The notes: generated by a model not told the origin, from the letters alone. 64,000 nucleotides of DNA from an uncultured Gammaproteobacteria bacterium (GCA_964445435.1 CAYUKU010000002.1:47988-111987), one strand, 5' to 3'; positions 28,494 to 39,969 are shown, numbered from the stretch's first letter. Program-made: numbers and translations.

Positions 28494-29840
28494 CTATCTT
28501 TTATATATCCGTGAAAGGATTCGCGCAATCCACCAGAAATGGAAAAAGAAAAGGAAGGTTTGTGTGGTGATCATATGGCGGGCGAATTCCCATGCGCCCC
28601 CGAAGATGAGACTTGAGACGAGCTGATATCCCTCGATGAGAGCGATTGCGAAAAGAAATGAGTGAATGGGTGTTGGCCTTTTCAGAAATAACCATACGGA
28701 AAAAGGCGCAAGGAAAAGAAAGATGATTGTAGATTTCTGAATCGTGCGTACGATCCACTCGAAGGTATCAAATACTGCGCGTGCCAGACTCGGAGTAGCC
28801 GCACGGTACAAAACGCCGTACATTTCCGTATCCGAGAACGCTTTCGGCACATCTTCAATGACAGATGCGGCAAATGCGGGGAACTGATCCCGGATAACAA
28901 GCCGGTTGAATTCCTGAAGGCTATCGAGGCGTCCGTATATTTCATTGTTGTAATAGACGAAGAAATACCAGGGTATGCTGACATTTCCTCCCTTTTGGCG
29001 ATACTCGGTTACCTGGGTAAAGAGCGGCTGGACCCGGGCGGCTGCATCGACGGGAATGTCAAATAAGAGGATTCTCCCGAAAACAGCGAAGTCCGTGTTG
29101 TAACTGATACCCCGGAATCCATGGAGCAGTCGGTTGCCGACAAGAAGGCCCGCCGGAACCGCGCTGTAGAGGATGAGGGATGCCGCCATAAGTATAAACA
29201 CGCGTTTTGTCCGGTGTGCCCAGAAAACAATCGGTAATAGAAGAAACGGAATAAGAAGTCCTGCGGGACGGATGAGAAATTCATACCCGGCAAGGATGGT
29301 AAACAAAGCTGCGGTGGGTGCGGAAGGTCGCTGAAGAAGCTTTACAAAAAGCCAGAGAAGAACGGTAAAAAGCGAAATATACAATGATTCCGTAAGAAGC
29401 GCGCGGTCCCAGATAAACTGGTAAATGTTCAGTGCGGTGAATCCCGTGAAAGCGGCCGTATGGGAAGACGAAACACCCACGGTCATGAGCATATCGAAGA
29501 GAAATATGAGCGATACGATGCCAATAATTGTTTGTATGGGAATAAGAATGAAACTTCGTTCAATAAATTCCTGTGACTTGTAGGGCGGATACGTGTCGCC
29601 GGTTGCCCCCACAGCAAGAGACGTCAGGAGCGTATATCCGGGAGTTCTGTTGGGATTTATGAGATTGGTGAGGAAGTTTTTCCCGAAGAAGTTTTCCTCG
29701 ACGTAATACCCCTGACTGTCAGGCTTCAGAACGATCGTGTTACCACTGTAGTGTATATACCACAGTCGTATGAAGGATGCCAAAACGAGAATGCCAAAAA
29801 GAATGAAACGGTGGGAATACGTGCGTGACTGGCGCGGCAT
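28494..29840 (-). CDS. Polytopic membrane protein (putative glycosyltransferase or flippase-like)
   Basis: Start MPRQSRTY (ATG at 29838-29840), about 11 TM helices. The divergent neighbour starts 25 bp away. Confidence 0.6.
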   Translation of the reverse strand: MPRQSRTYSHRFILFGILVLASFIRLWYIHYSGNTIVLKPDSQGYYVEENFFGKNFLTNLINPNRTPGYTLLTSLAVGATGDTYPPYKSQEFIERSFILIPIQTIIGIVSLIFLFDMLMTVGVSSSHTAAFTGFTALNIYQFIWDRALLTESLYISLFTVLLWLFVKLLQRPSAPTAALFTILAGYEFLIRPAGLLIPFLLLPIVFWAHRTKRVFILMAASLILYSAVPAGLLVGNRLLHGFRGISYNTDFAVFGRILLFDIPVDAAARVQPLFTQVTEYRQKGGNVSIPWYFFVYYNNEIYGRLDSLQEFNRLVIRDQFPAFAASVIEDVPKAFSDTEMYGVLYRAATPSLARAVFDTFEWIVRTIQKSTIIFLFLAPFSVWLFLKRPTPIHSFLFAIALIEGYQLVSSLIFGGAWEFARHMITTQTFLFFFHFWWIARILSRIYKR

Positions 29841-29865
29841 AGGTACTAGTATATAATACCTCCAC

Positions 29866-30807
29866 ATGAAGACGATTCTTGTCACCGGCGGCGCAGGATT
29901 CATCGGATCACATGTCACGCGAGGATATATAAAAGCAGGGTATCGTGTTGTGGTTTTCGATGATTTGTCGACGGGAAGAAAAGACGCGATTCCCAAGAAA
30001 GCTCACTTCGCAAAAGGCGATGTGCGGGATAATAAAGCTTTGGCGCGGACATTTCTGACATATCAGCCAGATATCGTGTGTCACATCGCAGGGCGCGCCT
30101 CGAACATCGGTTCGTATATGGATCCGCGGGGTGATATCGAGGTCAATTACTTCGGATCGGTGAACGTCGTTTTGGCGAGTTTGAAATACAAGGTAAAGCG
30201 GTTTGTGTATGCTTCGAGCATGCTTGCTGCCGGACCGGACGGCCCTTCGTCGTATTACGGCGTATCCAAGTACGCGGCAGAGCGGTTTATCCATCTGACG
30301 GCAAGGCGTCCGGATATTGCTGCCCCATTTGATGTAACGTCGCTACGCATGTTTAATGTTTTCGGCCCCGGACAGAGTATAACCAATCCGTATCAGGGGG
30401 TGCTTGCGATATTTATAGGAAACGTACTGCGAGGTGAGGAAATTAAGATATTCGGTTCGGGTGACCAGTCGCGGGACTTCATATCTGTTCACGATGTCGT
30501 AGATGTATGGGTTCGCGTTGTCGATGCAAAGGAAACGTATGGAAAAGTGCTTGACGTAGGAAGTGGAAGGCCAACGTCGATTAACGTCCTGGCCCGAAGC
30601 GTCATACGAGCCGCGGGCGCTAACCCAAAAACATATCCCATCGTCCATCTGGCACCCCGGCCAGGGGATATACCGCGGTCTGCCGCGAGACTGACACAAA
30701 CGAAGCGGCTTCTGCCGGGATGGAGGCAAACGAGCTTCACGAAGGCGTTAACAGAAACCATTGCATGGGCGCGGGAAGATTTACGAAGAAACGGCAAGGG
30801 AGCATAG
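29866..30807 (+). CDS. NAD-dependent epimerase/dehydratase
   Basis: [17 protein letters not shown]ossmann motif with YxxxK (YGVSKYAAE). Confidence 0.85.
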   Translation: MKTILVTGGAGFIGSHVTRGYIKAGYRVVVFDDLSTGRKDAIPKKAHFAKGDVRDNKALARTFLTYQPDIVCHIAGRASNIGSYMDPRGDIEVNYFGSVNVVLASLKYKVKRFVYASSMLAAGPDGPSSYYGVSKYAAERFIHLTARRPDIAAPFDVTSLRMFNVFGPGQSITNPYQGVLAIFIGNVLRGEEIKIFGSGDQSRDFISVHDVVDVWVRVVDAKETYGKVLDVGSGRPTSINVLARSVIRAAGANPKTYPIVHLAPRPGDIPRSAARLTQTKRLLPGWRQTSFTKALTETIAWAREDLRRNGKGA

Positions 30808-31833
30808 CTCGTCAAGAATGCGGTTCGTGTCGTATGTCTGTTTCCAGAACGGATAATGGGAGCGGAATTTCTTCACGTTTGAGATGTACCAGATATGATC
30901 GCCCCGTCTTGGCGTTGCGTTGTAGGTAATTTTTGCTTTCTTCCCCAAGCGCGATTCGATGATAGGTATGGCTTCCAGAATTGAGACGTTGGAGAATCTG
31001 CCGCCGCCCATATTGTAGACTTCGCCCACACGCGGACGCCGGTAAAACTGCCAAAACGCCTGCACGAGATCATATGCATGGATATTGTCGCGGACCTGTT
31101 TCCCTTTGTATCCATGGATCGTGTAGGGGATGCCGCTTGCTATAGCGCGGACGAGGTATGCCAGAAATCCGTGTTGGGGCGCTCCTGCGTGCGCGGGCCC
31201 GGTGATGCACCCACAACGGAAGATGCCGGTTCTGAGTGCGAAGTACCGGCCGTATTCCTGCACGAGAATATCTGCCGATACCTTCGAGGCGCCAAACAGG
31301 CTATGAAGCGACGTATCGATACTCATCGATTCGTCGATGCCGCGATAGTGCGGATTGTTGCTGCGCAGTTCAAAGCGGGTTTTCTTCTCGATGAAGGGAA
31401 GCAGGTTGGGGCGATCGCCGTAGACTTTGTTGGTGGACGTAAACAGAAATACACCCTTGGGACAGTGGCGCCGGTACGACTCAAGAAGCGACAATGTGGC
31501 AGCTGCGTTTATAGAGAAATCCGTCATCGGATCAGAAGCCGCCCAATCATGGGATGGTTGGGCGGCGGTGTGGATGACCAGATCGAAGTGATGCTTGCTG
31601 AAGAGTTCCTCTACTTTTCTCGCGTTTCTGATGTCAAAGGAGAAATGTTGGTACGAGGGATGTATCCTGAGAAGGAGGCGCGCGTTGGCACGGGTGCTTG
31701 CCGTCGCCCCGAAGAATTGCGCGCGCATATCGTTGTCGATGCCGAATACCGCAAATCCGCGTTTGGCGAAAAAGTCTACCGCCTGACTGCCGACCAGTCC
31801 GCCGGAGCCGGTTACTAAGACCTTTTTCTTCAT
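30781..31833 (-). CDS. NAD-dependent epimerase/dehydratase (CDP-sugar 2-epimerase-like subgroup)
   Basis: [17 protein letters not shown]...[12 protein letters not shown]...YGASKVSAD. Confidence 0.8.
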   Translation of the reverse strand: MKKKVLVTGSGGLVGSQAVDFFAKRGFAVFGIDNDMRAQFFGATASTRANARLLLRIHPSYQHFSFDIRNARKVEELFSKHHFDLVIHTAAQPSHDWAASDPMTDFSINAAATLSLLESYRRHCPKGVFLFTSTNKVYGDRPNLLPFIEKKTRFELRSNNPHYRGIDESMSIDTSLHSLFGASKVSADILVQEYGRYFALRTGIFRCGCITGPAHAGAPQHGFLAYLVRAIASGIPYTIHGYKGKQVRDNIHAYDLVQAFWQFYRRPRVGEVYNMGGGRFSNVSILEAIPIIESRLGKKAKITYNATPRRGDHIWYISNVKKFRSHYPFWKQTYDTNRILDELCSLAVSS

Positions 31834-31850
31834 GACGGTATTCTAGTCAG

Positions 31851-32750
31851 TTGTCTTGCTGTTGGCAACCAACGTTCTGGTATACTCCACGTATGCGTTG
31901 CGTTGTGTGTGATCACGCCCGACTCACTACCTTGTTTCCCCACAAAGCGGGACATATGGCGCGGTGCGAATCGTGCGGACTCGTCCAACTTGTCCCCATG
32001 CCGACTGCAAAAGAGATCAGGAAACTCTACCACGAAGATTTCAGCCACTTCGCGCCGTATCTGGAACAGATTGAAGTACACCGCGCGTATTTCCGCCAAA
32101 AAATGTTGGAAATAGGGAGACGCGTAGGGAGAAAAACGAATAAAGGAATGAAGCTTCTGGATATAGGTTGCGCGATGGGTGTACTTCTTGAGGAAGCAAA
32201 GCTTATAGGAATTGAGGGAGTAGGCGTGGATATATCTCGTGATGCAGCCCGATATTGCAAGGCGAAAGGGCTTAACGTGCACGCAGGGACCATCGCTAGC
32301 TTCGCAAGGCCAGGCCTTGCGAAGCGGAAATTCGATGTGATTACCGCATTCCAGATAATCGAGCATGAACGCGATCCGATAGGATTTATGTATAGGATAC
32401 ATAAATTACTCAAAAAGGGCGGTTTGGTCGTCCTCGCAACCCCTGACTCTGGGGGATTCTGGCGGAAGATCATGGGACGACGGTGGTTTGGGTTTGCTCA
32501 TCCGGAGCATGTGGTCCTTCTGTCTTCTGAAAGTATGCGGCGGCTTCTTGAGATATCCGGATTTCGGGATATAGAAATTAGAAGAGATACGCCGCGCCCC
32601 TTTCCTTTGTCTTTTGTCTTCACCAGAGGAGCAGATTACTTCCCGTCACTTGGCTGGATCCTCAAACCGATCGGAAAGCTTCTGGACCGGTTCAACATAA
32701 AGAATCCTGTAAATCCGTGGGATGACATGATAGTATTTGCACGCGTATGA
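31851..32750 (+). CDS. Class I SAM-dependent methyltransferase with an N-terminal Cys4 zinc-ribbon
   Basis: Probable start at MRCVVCDH (~31893), with CxxC...CxxC. SAM motif I LLDIGCAMG, and FDVITAFQIIEH for post-I. Confidence 0.8.
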   Translation: MSCCWQPTFWYTPRMRCVVCDHARLTTLFPHKAGHMARCESCGLVQLVPMPTAKEIRKLYHEDFSHFAPYLEQIEVHRAYFRQKMLEIGRRVGRKTNKGMKLLDIGCAMGVLLEEAKLIGIEGVGVDISRDAARYCKAKGLNVHAGTIASFARPGLAKRKFDVITAFQIIEHERDPIGFMYRIHKLLKKGGLVVLATPDSGGFWRKIMGRRWFGFAHPEHVVLLSSESMRRLLEISGFRDIEIRRDTPRPFPLSFVFTRGADYFPSLGWILKPIGKLLDRFNIKNPVNPWDDMIVFARV

Positions 32751-33796
32751 CACGCATCTGGTTGTCCGTCGTCATACCTGCCTACAATAGCTGGGAAACG
32801 GTAGAAAGACTTCTTGCCTCTCTTCAGAAGTCGTCGTTTCAGCGGTTTGAGGTGATCGTGGGCGATGATGCGTCCCATACGGAAAAACCCTTCCAGCTTC
32901 TTAAACTACTGAAGCAGAAGGTCGGTCAAAAACCGGTTCAACTTGTGAGATTGCCGGTGAACAGGGGGCCGGCGGCAGCAAGAAACGCAGCGGCGAAGAG
33001 GGCAAAAGCTCCGGTACTGCTTTTCCTGGATGCTGACGTGACGGTTTATCCGGATACGCTGGCCCGTGTCGCGAAGAAATTCCAGGATGACCCTGACTTA
33101 ACGGCGCTTACCGGCGTGTGGGATAAAAAACAGCACACGAATGCGTTCTTCCCGCAGTTTAAGGCGCTTCGGGACTGGAGTTATTGGACGAACGAACGCG
33201 GAAGCGACGGATATTATTATCTCTTCAGCACAAGAGTCGCGGCAATCAAAAGGGATGTATTTACGAGATTGGGACGGTTTAACGAAAGCTTCCGTCAGAT
33301 GGAAGACGTGGAGTTAACCTACAGAATCGCCAAGAGATATGCGATTATCTTCGCTCCGGACGTGCGGGTGCATCATGAATTCGAGTCCTTCGTGCCCGTG
33401 GCACGAAAGTACTTCTGGCGAAGTTTCTACTGGATGCGGCTCTATAACACGCGGCGCAAATTCGATCCCGTCGCAACGACAGTGTGGGAGAGCCTCGCTG
33501 CGCTGACTGCCGTAGGCGCGGTGAGCTTGTTTGCGACGGGCGCCATATTGTTTTTCCTGGTGCCGGTCCCGATGATCAAATCAATAAGCATCATAGGAGC
33601 TGGCGTACTTCTTGCGGTTCACCTCGTACTTCTGTGGAAATTCCTGCGGTTCGTATCGCGCGAGAAGGGACTCGTGTTTATGGGAAAATCACTTCTGACG
33701 GGAATTGCGCTGTACTGCGTCATCGCAGCCGGATCATTGTATTCTGTTATCGTTGCCTATATATCCACGCGAAAATCGCGTTCCCGCGCACAATGA
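32747..33796 (+). CDS. Family 2 glycosyltransferase with a C-terminal TM segment
   Basis: LSVVIPAYNSWETV...VIVGDDAS...LLFLDADV. Its ATGA start overlaps the methyltransferase stop. Confidence 0.85.
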   Translation: MTRIWLSVVIPAYNSWETVERLLASLQKSSFQRFEVIVGDDASHTEKPFQLLKLLKQKVGQKPVQLVRLPVNRGPAAARNAAAKRAKAPVLLFLDADVTVYPDTLARVAKKFQDDPDLTALTGVWDKKQHTNAFFPQFKALRDWSYWTNERGSDGYYYLFSTRVAAIKRDVFTRLGRFNESFRQMEDVELTYRIAKRYAIIFAPDVRVHHEFESFVPVARKYFWRSFYWMRLYNTRRKFDPVATTVWESLAALTAVGAVSLFATGAILFFLVPVPMIKSISIIGAGVLLAVHLVLLWKFLRFVSREKGLVFMGKSLLTGIALYCVIAAGSLYSVIVAYISTRKSRSRAQ

Positions 33797-35324
33797 CGTT
33801 GTCCAGGGCGAACTGTTTCGGGAGAGTTTCTCTAAATTCCTTCTCCCTGATGTGGGAGGATTTGTTCACCAGGATAATCGTATCCGCCTCAGTCGCGCTA
33901 TATACATACCGGTCGGCCGGGGTAAGGTAGTACCAGGAGAGGTGACCGCCGATGGGAGACCACAGCGTGATATCGCCGTATTTCCGGTGGAGATAGTCAA
34001 CGGATTCCTTCACCGACAGGGCTTCGATATCCCGGTCAAATCGTTCGTTGGGGTTATTGGCAAACATGTTGAGATACCCGGTGGAGTAGGGAAAATAGAG
34101 CATGTTGACGACAAAAAGATGAAGAAAGATAGGCGCGACGACATACCAGCGTGTTACCATGCTGATATGTCGCACGCGTTCGAGCCGGGACAGAAGGAAA
34201 CGAAGACCCAGGACGCTTGTGAGCAGTAATGGCGGGAGAATCTCCATGAAGTGACGCATACCGTCATAAAATGCGGCGTTGGGGAGGAAAGCCCGAAGAA
34301 GGGGAATAGCAATCCAGACAAACAAGAGAAACACTTTTTCCCATGAGGAGTGACGCGAAATGATCGTTCGCATTGCCGACCAGACGCCAGCTACTATCAG
34401 GACTAGAAGCAGCGGAGGGGTTCCGAGAAGTATATTTGCAAACGGATACCACCAGAGAATTTGACCGACTCCGACCTGATAGAGAGTTCCGTTCCAGAAT
34501 AGGCGGTATCCCTGGCCCACAGTCGTGAAATACGCGATAACTTCACCAATCCGATTGACAGGATCAAACCAAAGATAAGGCCACAGCAACACTGTTGTGA
34601 CAAGACCTATCACGAGAACAGTCAGCATCGGAAGTGTATACGATGCTAATTTCCCCCTTTTGGTTAGAAGAATCCAAACGATGTAGATAACCGGGATATA
34701 GACAGCGTTGAATTTGGAGGCAAGCCCAAGTCCCCAGATGAGAGCTCCGGCGATAAGGGCACTCCTATGTTTCAGAAGGGTAAATTTGGCGAGGAAATAT
34801 AACGATAGGGTAAACAATGCAACCTGTGAGGTGTCTTTCAGGTTTGAAAGTCCGTGACCGAAGAGCGTGGGGTACGAAAATGTGAAAAGTGCTGCCAACG
34901 CGCTCTCCCAATACGAAAATCCAAGAAGTTTTCCAAACGGAAAGACTGTTGCAACAAGCAGGGCAAAAAAGAGCGCTGTCGCCAGGTGAAACGAGACGAT
35001 AATATCCTTGCCCGTGGTGGTACGGTTGGGCAGCGCACTGAGTTTTGCGATGAGCGTGCCGATGTAGTTTGGGAACGGGGGATAGCGCGCAATGGCCGGC
35101 TCCTGGGTAAATATCCTGTCGCCGAACTCTGAGGCATCTGGATCGCGGCGGGTAAGAATCCTGGGATTCATGCCGTTTCCGAAAAACGTCGCGTACTGGC
35201 CGCCGGCGAAGATATTATCCGGCTCATCCCAGGCAGGCCCGATCCGGGGGGCGAGGAATAAGCCGATGACAAAAACGATGATAAAGATACATGGCGCCGT
35301 CAAGCGCTCATGGTGTAATTTCAT
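33747..35324 (-). CDS. GT-C fold glycosyltransferase, family 39/83-like (ArnT/PMT-like)
   Basis: PAWDEPDN loop-1 DE motif after TM1, then about 12 TM helices. Confidence 0.75.
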   Translation of the reverse strand: MKLHHERLTAPCIFIIVFVIGLFLAPRIGPAWDEPDNIFAGGQYATFFGNGMNPRILTRRDPDASEFGDRIFTQEPAIARYPPFPNYIGTLIAKLSALPNRTTTGKDIIVSFHLATALFFALLVATVFPFGKLLGFSYWESALAALFTFSYPTLFGHGLSNLKDTSQVALFTLSLYFLAKFTLLKHRSALIAGALIWGLGLASKFNAVYIPVIYIVWILLTKRGKLASYTLPMLTVLVIGLVTTVLLWPYLWFDPVNRIGEVIAYFTTVGQGYRLFWNGTLYQVGVGQILWWYPFANILLGTPPLLLVLIVAGVWSAMRTIISRHSSWEKVFLLFVWIAIPLLRAFLPNAAFYDGMRHFMEILPPLLLTSVLGLRFLLSRLERVRHISMVTRWYVVAPIFLHLFVVNMLYFPYSTGYLNMFANNPNERFDRDIEALSVKESVDYLHRKYGDITLWSPIGGHLSWYYLTPADRYVYSATEADTIILVNKSSHIREKEFRETLPKQFALDNVIVRGNAIFAWIYRQR

Positions 35325-35426
35325 AGTGATCCGACCGAACGGTCTTGGAAATTGTCCGCGTACCGCTTATGTATTCTATTCGCGTTACCCGTTGGCTACG
35401 CCTATCTGCTTGGATAATGTTCTCAT

Positions 35427-37319
35427 TTACTGATTCGGTATATCAAGCGGCGGACTGAGAACCGGCGTCGGAGTAGGGGTGGCGGTTGGTGCAGGGAGTG
35501 ATGGGTTTCTCAGGGCATCGAGTTCTTGGGCAACAATGCGCGCGTCGTCGCTTCCCGGTGTGACGAATTTCTGCGCCTGCTCAAGCGCTGAAAGCGCCTG
35601 TATATCATCGCCGTTTATGCGGTATGCGTTTCCGAGATTGTACCAGGCGTTCGCGTAGTTAGGTTTAAGCTTGGTGGCCCGGTCAAACTGGGCGATTGCT
35701 TTGGGATAGTCTTTCATCCGAAGATAGATACTTCCTAGCTCAAGAGGAAGGACAGGATTGACAGGATCGCGTTTGATGGCTTCACCAAGCGTCGTTATCG
35801 CCCACGAATCGGCGCCCTGGGCCACACCGATGAGTTGCTCGTAAATGCGTGCGAGATTTTCCCATGCAAGGATATTGAGGGGATTGAGGGAAACTGCGGC
35901 TTTGGCTTCACGAATGGACTGTGAGACAAGCTGGGTCACGAGATTCCGATCCTGTAAGATGGCCTCGCTTGAGGCTTCGTTTCGCTCGGCGAGACTCCCG
36001 GCAAGCGACGTGGCCAGGGCGAGATTCGTCTGGCTATAGATGATGCGGTACCGGCTGACTCCCGGATTGGTCTTTATGGCGGCTACCTGAAGGTTATATG
36101 TTTGGGTGCCGTTGTTGTCTTGCGCGGCTTTCAAAGAGCGGTAGAAAAGCCGCTCTGCCACGAGAGCCCGGCTGGTGCCATAGAATCCGGAAATAAGAAT
36201 TACTCCTGCAAAAACAAGAAAAATTATGCGCGGTGCGTTTTTCATCGTATGACTATGGATAGGATGCGAAGCGGATTCGGAATAAATGAGAAGTCCCGCA
36301 AGGACGATGAGAACGGAGACATTCGGCGGGGTAATAAGAAGGGCAATTGCCCCCAAAACAAGGGCTAGGGATATACCCGGTTCTGAGGAGGCATGCCGGT
36401 GTTTCCCAAGTAGATTTTTCAGAAGCAGTCCCATTCCCAGAAGTCCGGGGAGCCCCCAGACGGTAATGAAGTGGAAGACCCATGATGAGCTTAATGTGAA
36501 ACGGACGCTCCAGAGCGGGGTCACATTAAAGCTTGCCGGTCGTGCCGCAGAAAACGCAGCGAGGAAGTTTTCCGTTCCCACCCCAACCATAGCCTGTTTG
36601 GGACTTTTGAGAATATCAAGCATCATTGCCCAGCCCTGCGAAAGGGGCAGAAGCGTTCCCGTGATTCTTGGAACAAGCTGCCACAAGGTGACAGCGAGTC
36701 CCGCCAATACGACGATGCTCATCAGGCTAAACACGACGAGCCGGGATTCATGTTTGTGCTTCCAGGCCGCTTTCGCCTGCAGGATAAAGAGAGGAAGCGT
36801 CATGCCTAAAAGCGTGGCCGTCGCAACGGTCGATCCTGTGGGTGTCCAAAGAGAGTCGGTAAGAAACGGTACCGAGGGAAACATCACGCGCCCCATCCCT
36901 AAAAATTGATACACGGCAAGAATTCCGAGGAACGATACGCCGCCGCCCAGAATCCACAGAAATGATTTGCGCGCGCCCTCATGCCAATACGTCGGCGCGA
37001 TAAACGAAAGAATCGCAAGGGCGGCAAACGTCACCGGGCCCAGGGGGTGGGTGAGTGCTTCTATTTTATTGGGAGACGCCGTAAAAAGACTGATAAACCC
37101 CGCCAGGGAGAGGACGGCAAGCGTTATCGCTGACGGCGAGAGGGAAGTTGAGGCCCGGGGTGATTTGCAAATCGTCATCCAAGCCCATCCGGCAACCGTG
37201 ATAAGACAGACATATACAAGAAGAAACCATTTGGCGGAATCGTAGAAATCCGAGATGACGGGAGCAAAAAAGATAGGCGCAAGCGCGAAAAAGAGAACAG
37301 GGATCATACCGTCCATCAT
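35427..37319 (-). CDS. Polytopic membrane protein (O-antigen ligase/polymerase-like) fused to C-terminal TPR repeats
   Basis: About 12 TM helices followed by about 4 TPR units (AWENLARIY..., ANAWYNLGNAYRINGD...). A Pro/Thr-rich tail follows. Confidence 0.65.
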   Translation of the reverse strand: MMDGMIPVLFFALAPIFFAPVISDFYDSAKWFLLVYVCLITVAGWAWMTICKSPRASTSLSPSAITLAVLSLAGFISLFTASPNKIEALTHPLGPVTFAALAILSFIAPTYWHEGARKSFLWILGGGVSFLGILAVYQFLGMGRVMFPSVPFLTDSLWTPTGSTVATATLLGMTLPLFILQAKAAWKHKHESRLVVFSLMSIVVLAGLAVTLWQLVPRITGTLLPLSQGWAMMLDILKSPKQAMVGVGTENFLAAFSAARPASFNVTPLWSVRFTLSSSWVFHFITVWGLPGLLGMGLLLKNLLGKHRHASSEPGISLALVLGAIALLITPPNVSVLIVLAGLLIYSESASHPIHSHTMKNAPRIIFLVFAGVILISGFYGTSRALVAERLFYRSLKAAQDNNGTQTYNLQVAAIKTNPGVSRYRIIYSQTNLALATSLAGSLAERNEASSEAILQDRNLVTQLVSQSIREAKAAVSLNPLNILAWENLARIYEQLIGVAQGADSWAITTLGEAIKRDPVNPVLPLELGSIYLRMKDYPKAIAQFDRATKLKPNYANAWYNLGNAYRINGDDIQALSALEQAQKFVTPGSDDARIVAQELDALRNPSLPAPTATPTPTPVLSPPLDIPNQ

Positions 37320-37335
37320 ACGGTATACGACCCCT

Positions 37336-39969
37336 TTACTGCAATTGATTGAGGCGCTCGGAAGCCTCGGGATTGCCCGGATCTAACTCCTGGAATTTGA
37401 GGTACGCGGCTTTTGCATCGCCCTTCCGTCCCATCATAAGATAGAGATCGCCAAGCGTTGCGTAGGCATGGGGGCGCATTTCCTCGTCAAGAGCGGCAAG
37501 CTTGAGGAATATTTCCGATTCTTCATACCGTTTCGTCGTCATGTAGAGACTGCCGAGGGCAAACTGCGCCTGGGCTTTGAAGGGTGTAGCAAGGGCGCGT
37601 TTGAAGGTTTCTTCGGCCTCTGCAATTTTTCCCTGATTTTGGTATACGCTTCCCAGACCGATATATCCATTTCCGTGGGGGTTCATCTCAATCACTTTTT
37701 GAAAGAGTGGAATTGCTTCCGTCAGGTTTCCTACCTGGTAATAATAAAATCCGAGACCTTGATACCGGTCGGCTTTGGGATTTACTTCTATGCTTTTTTT
37801 CAGAAGCGCTTCCGCTTCCTTTTGTCTTCCGGTTTGCATGTAGAGCTCAGACAGTCCGATGTAAAGGTCGCTTCCCGGGTTCACCTCGCGGGCCTTGGTA
37901 TACATCGCTTCCGCCTCCTCGTACCGTCGCGTCCGAAGGTACACGTCTCCTAAAGCCACATACAACCCGTCATAGGTCGGATCAATCGCAATTGCCTTCT
38001 TGAGCGTTTCTTCGGCTTTGTCAAACTCCCGGTACTGCATATAAAGATAGGAGAGCCCAAACATCATGCCGATGTCTTTGGGGTTTATGGCAAGCGCCCG
38101 GGAAAATGCCCGTTCAGAGTCATCGTGTCTCCTTGTGATCCGGTAGAGTTTGCCCAGGTCAAAGTATGCTGCCGTATCATCCGGATGATGACGGATAGCC
38201 CTGAGAAACAGCTGTTCGGCTCTGGAGTATTCACCTTTTGTATATGCGATACGGCCGGACCCCACGAAATATGAGGCGTTGGTGGGATCGAAAGCTGCAA
38301 TCCTGGCAAACTCATTTTCTGCTTCATCAAGTCTGTCCTGCTTAATAAGCGCGTTGCCGAGTCCGGCAAGCAGGGTCGCGTTCTTCGGCGCGGATTCAAG
38401 TCCCTTGCGGTAGGCCTTTTCTGAATCGGAAAAGCGCTGGAGCTGGAAATACTTGTCACCCAACACGGTAAATCTGCTTTCGGAGGAGGCGCGCTTAAAG
38501 AGCGTAACGGTGAAGTATTCTGTTGTGATGATTGTCCGAAGGGGTATGTAGGGCAGGCGTTCCATGAGATAGGGAATGCAGTCATCGAATGCGACCGTGC
38601 TTGCTGTCTCTGATGGGCCGACACACCTCAAGAATAGATATTCCGTATCATGGGGGGTTATGGGAATGCCGCGATGCGGATATGTGCCAACGATTTTGCG
38701 TCCGGTTTTTTCCTCGATGAGATGGTAGAAAAGATAGTCGTCATTGAGGTTGTAGACAATGTTCCCGGCTTCTTTCCCTGCTTTTATCTGGAAAAACGAT
38801 ACATCCTGCGGGAGTTCATTCGCTATCACGTTGGTTGCTTTTTGCGCAGTTTGATAAAGAAGCGGGACGCGATATCGGAAATTGTGTGAAAACGACTGGA
38901 CAAAAAATAAGGAAACACCTACGCCAACGATGGCCAGATATCGGTTCACAAAGACGGTTTTGGCAAGAATGACGGCAAGATACAGAAGACTAAATAGTCC
39001 AGCAATGTGAAGGTAATGTTCAACCGGCGGTACGCCCAAAAGTGGCAGAACGAAGACGGGAAAACAGGAAAGCAGAAGCAATGCCAGTGCCCATGGCTTC
39101 TGCACGCTGCTCTCTTTCCCGGCAAAAAACCAGACGCTCAGGACGAAGACTATGGTGAGTAGCCAGGGTACATTCGTAGAGAAGAGTATGGAAAAAAAGA
39201 GGCTGAGATACGGCTCCAGTCTGCTGGCGTAGCCGTCAAGAGCGGGAGCGAACGCAGCATAGATTTGCGTCCGGGTGACTGTTGACTGGGATACCATTGA
39301 ATAGGCAACACTGCCAAATGCCACGATTACCGAGATAACGAAGGTGATGCCGAGCCGAAACGCCAGGCGAAAGCGGCGCGCGATACGCCTGGCTACAAAC
39401 CAAACGGCCAGAAGATAGGCGGGCGCATAGAGAAGGGGGGAGAGTTGGAACGATAGGGATAGAATATAGACAATAATGCTGGCATAAATCAGACGGGCGT
39501 TTTTCGTACGGTAACTCTGAAAAAGCAGATACGCGCTTAGAAGAAAAAACGGGAGCATCAGATACGGTTGGAAGAAGAATCGGGAAGCACGCATGCCCCA
39601 GGCACTCAGACTGAGAAACACGACGGCAAGAAGTCCCGCCCGGGATCCGAAGAGAGCCCGTGTCATTTTCCATGCAATAAAAGCCATGCCGGTTTGGAGC
39701 AGTATGTTTACTGCGTTGAGTGTGAAGATACTCCTAAAGAAAAGAAGAAAGAAAGAGAGGAAGTAATAATACAAGGGGCTATTGATCGAGAGCGTTCCCT
39801 GTGCCGCGGTTGTCCCGACCAGGGGGAATTCTCGGTACTTCATGATGTGTGAGCTCACCAGATATTCAAGTGAGGGATCAAGGGAATTCAAGTCGGGATA
39901 GTTAAAGAGATACAGGACAAGCCGCAGGATGAGCGTGCCAGTGAGTATAAGAATTATGGGAAGTTTCAT
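37336..39969 (-). CDS. GT-C-like membrane domain fused to a ~12-unit TPR array (TMTC-like architecture)
   Basis: Start MKLPIILILTG (ATG at 39967-39969). The N-terminal ~480 aa are polytopic with an SPLYYY motif. The C-terminal ~450 aa form a continuous run of 34-aa TPRs (W-LG-Y-A-F-P consensus). Confidence 0.75.
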   Translation of the reverse strand: MKLPIILILTGTLILRLVLYLFNYPDLNSLDPSLEYLVSSHIMKYREFPLVGTTAAQGTLSINSPLYYYFLSFFLLFFRSIFTLNAVNILLQTGMAFIAWKMTRALFGSRAGLLAVVFLSLSAWGMRASRFFFQPYLMLPFFLLSAYLLFQSYRTKNARLIYASIIVYILSLSFQLSPLLYAPAYLLAVWFVARRIARRFRLAFRLGITFVISVIVAFGSVAYSMVSQSTVTRTQIYAAFAPALDGYASRLEPYLSLFFSILFSTNVPWLLTIVFVLSVWFFAGKESSVQKPWALALLLLSCFPVFVLPLLGVPPVEHYLHIAGLFSLLYLAVILAKTVFVNRYLAIVGVGVSLFFVQSFSHNFRYRVPLLYQTAQKATNVIANELPQDVSFFQIKAGKEAGNIVYNLNDDYLFYHLIEEKTGRKIVGTYPHRGIPITPHDTEYLFLRCVGPSETASTVAFDDCIPYLMERLPYIPLRTIITTEYFTVTLFKRASSESRFTVLGDKYFQLQRFSDSEKAYRKGLESAPKNATLLAGLGNALIKQDRLDEAENEFARIAAFDPTNASYFVGSGRIAYTKGEYSRAEQLFLRAIRHHPDDTAAYFDLGKLYRITRRHDDSERAFSRALAINPKDIGMMFGLSYLYMQYREFDKAEETLKKAIAIDPTYDGLYVALGDVYLRTRRYEEAEAMYTKAREVNPGSDLYIGLSELYMQTGRQKEAEALLKKSIEVNPKADRYQGLGFYYYQVGNLTEAIPLFQKVIEMNPHGNGYIGLGSVYQNQGKIAEAEETFKRALATPFKAQAQFALGSLYMTTKRYEESEIFLKLAALDEEMRPHAYATLGDLYLMMGRKGDAKAAYLKFQELDPGNPEASERLNQLQ

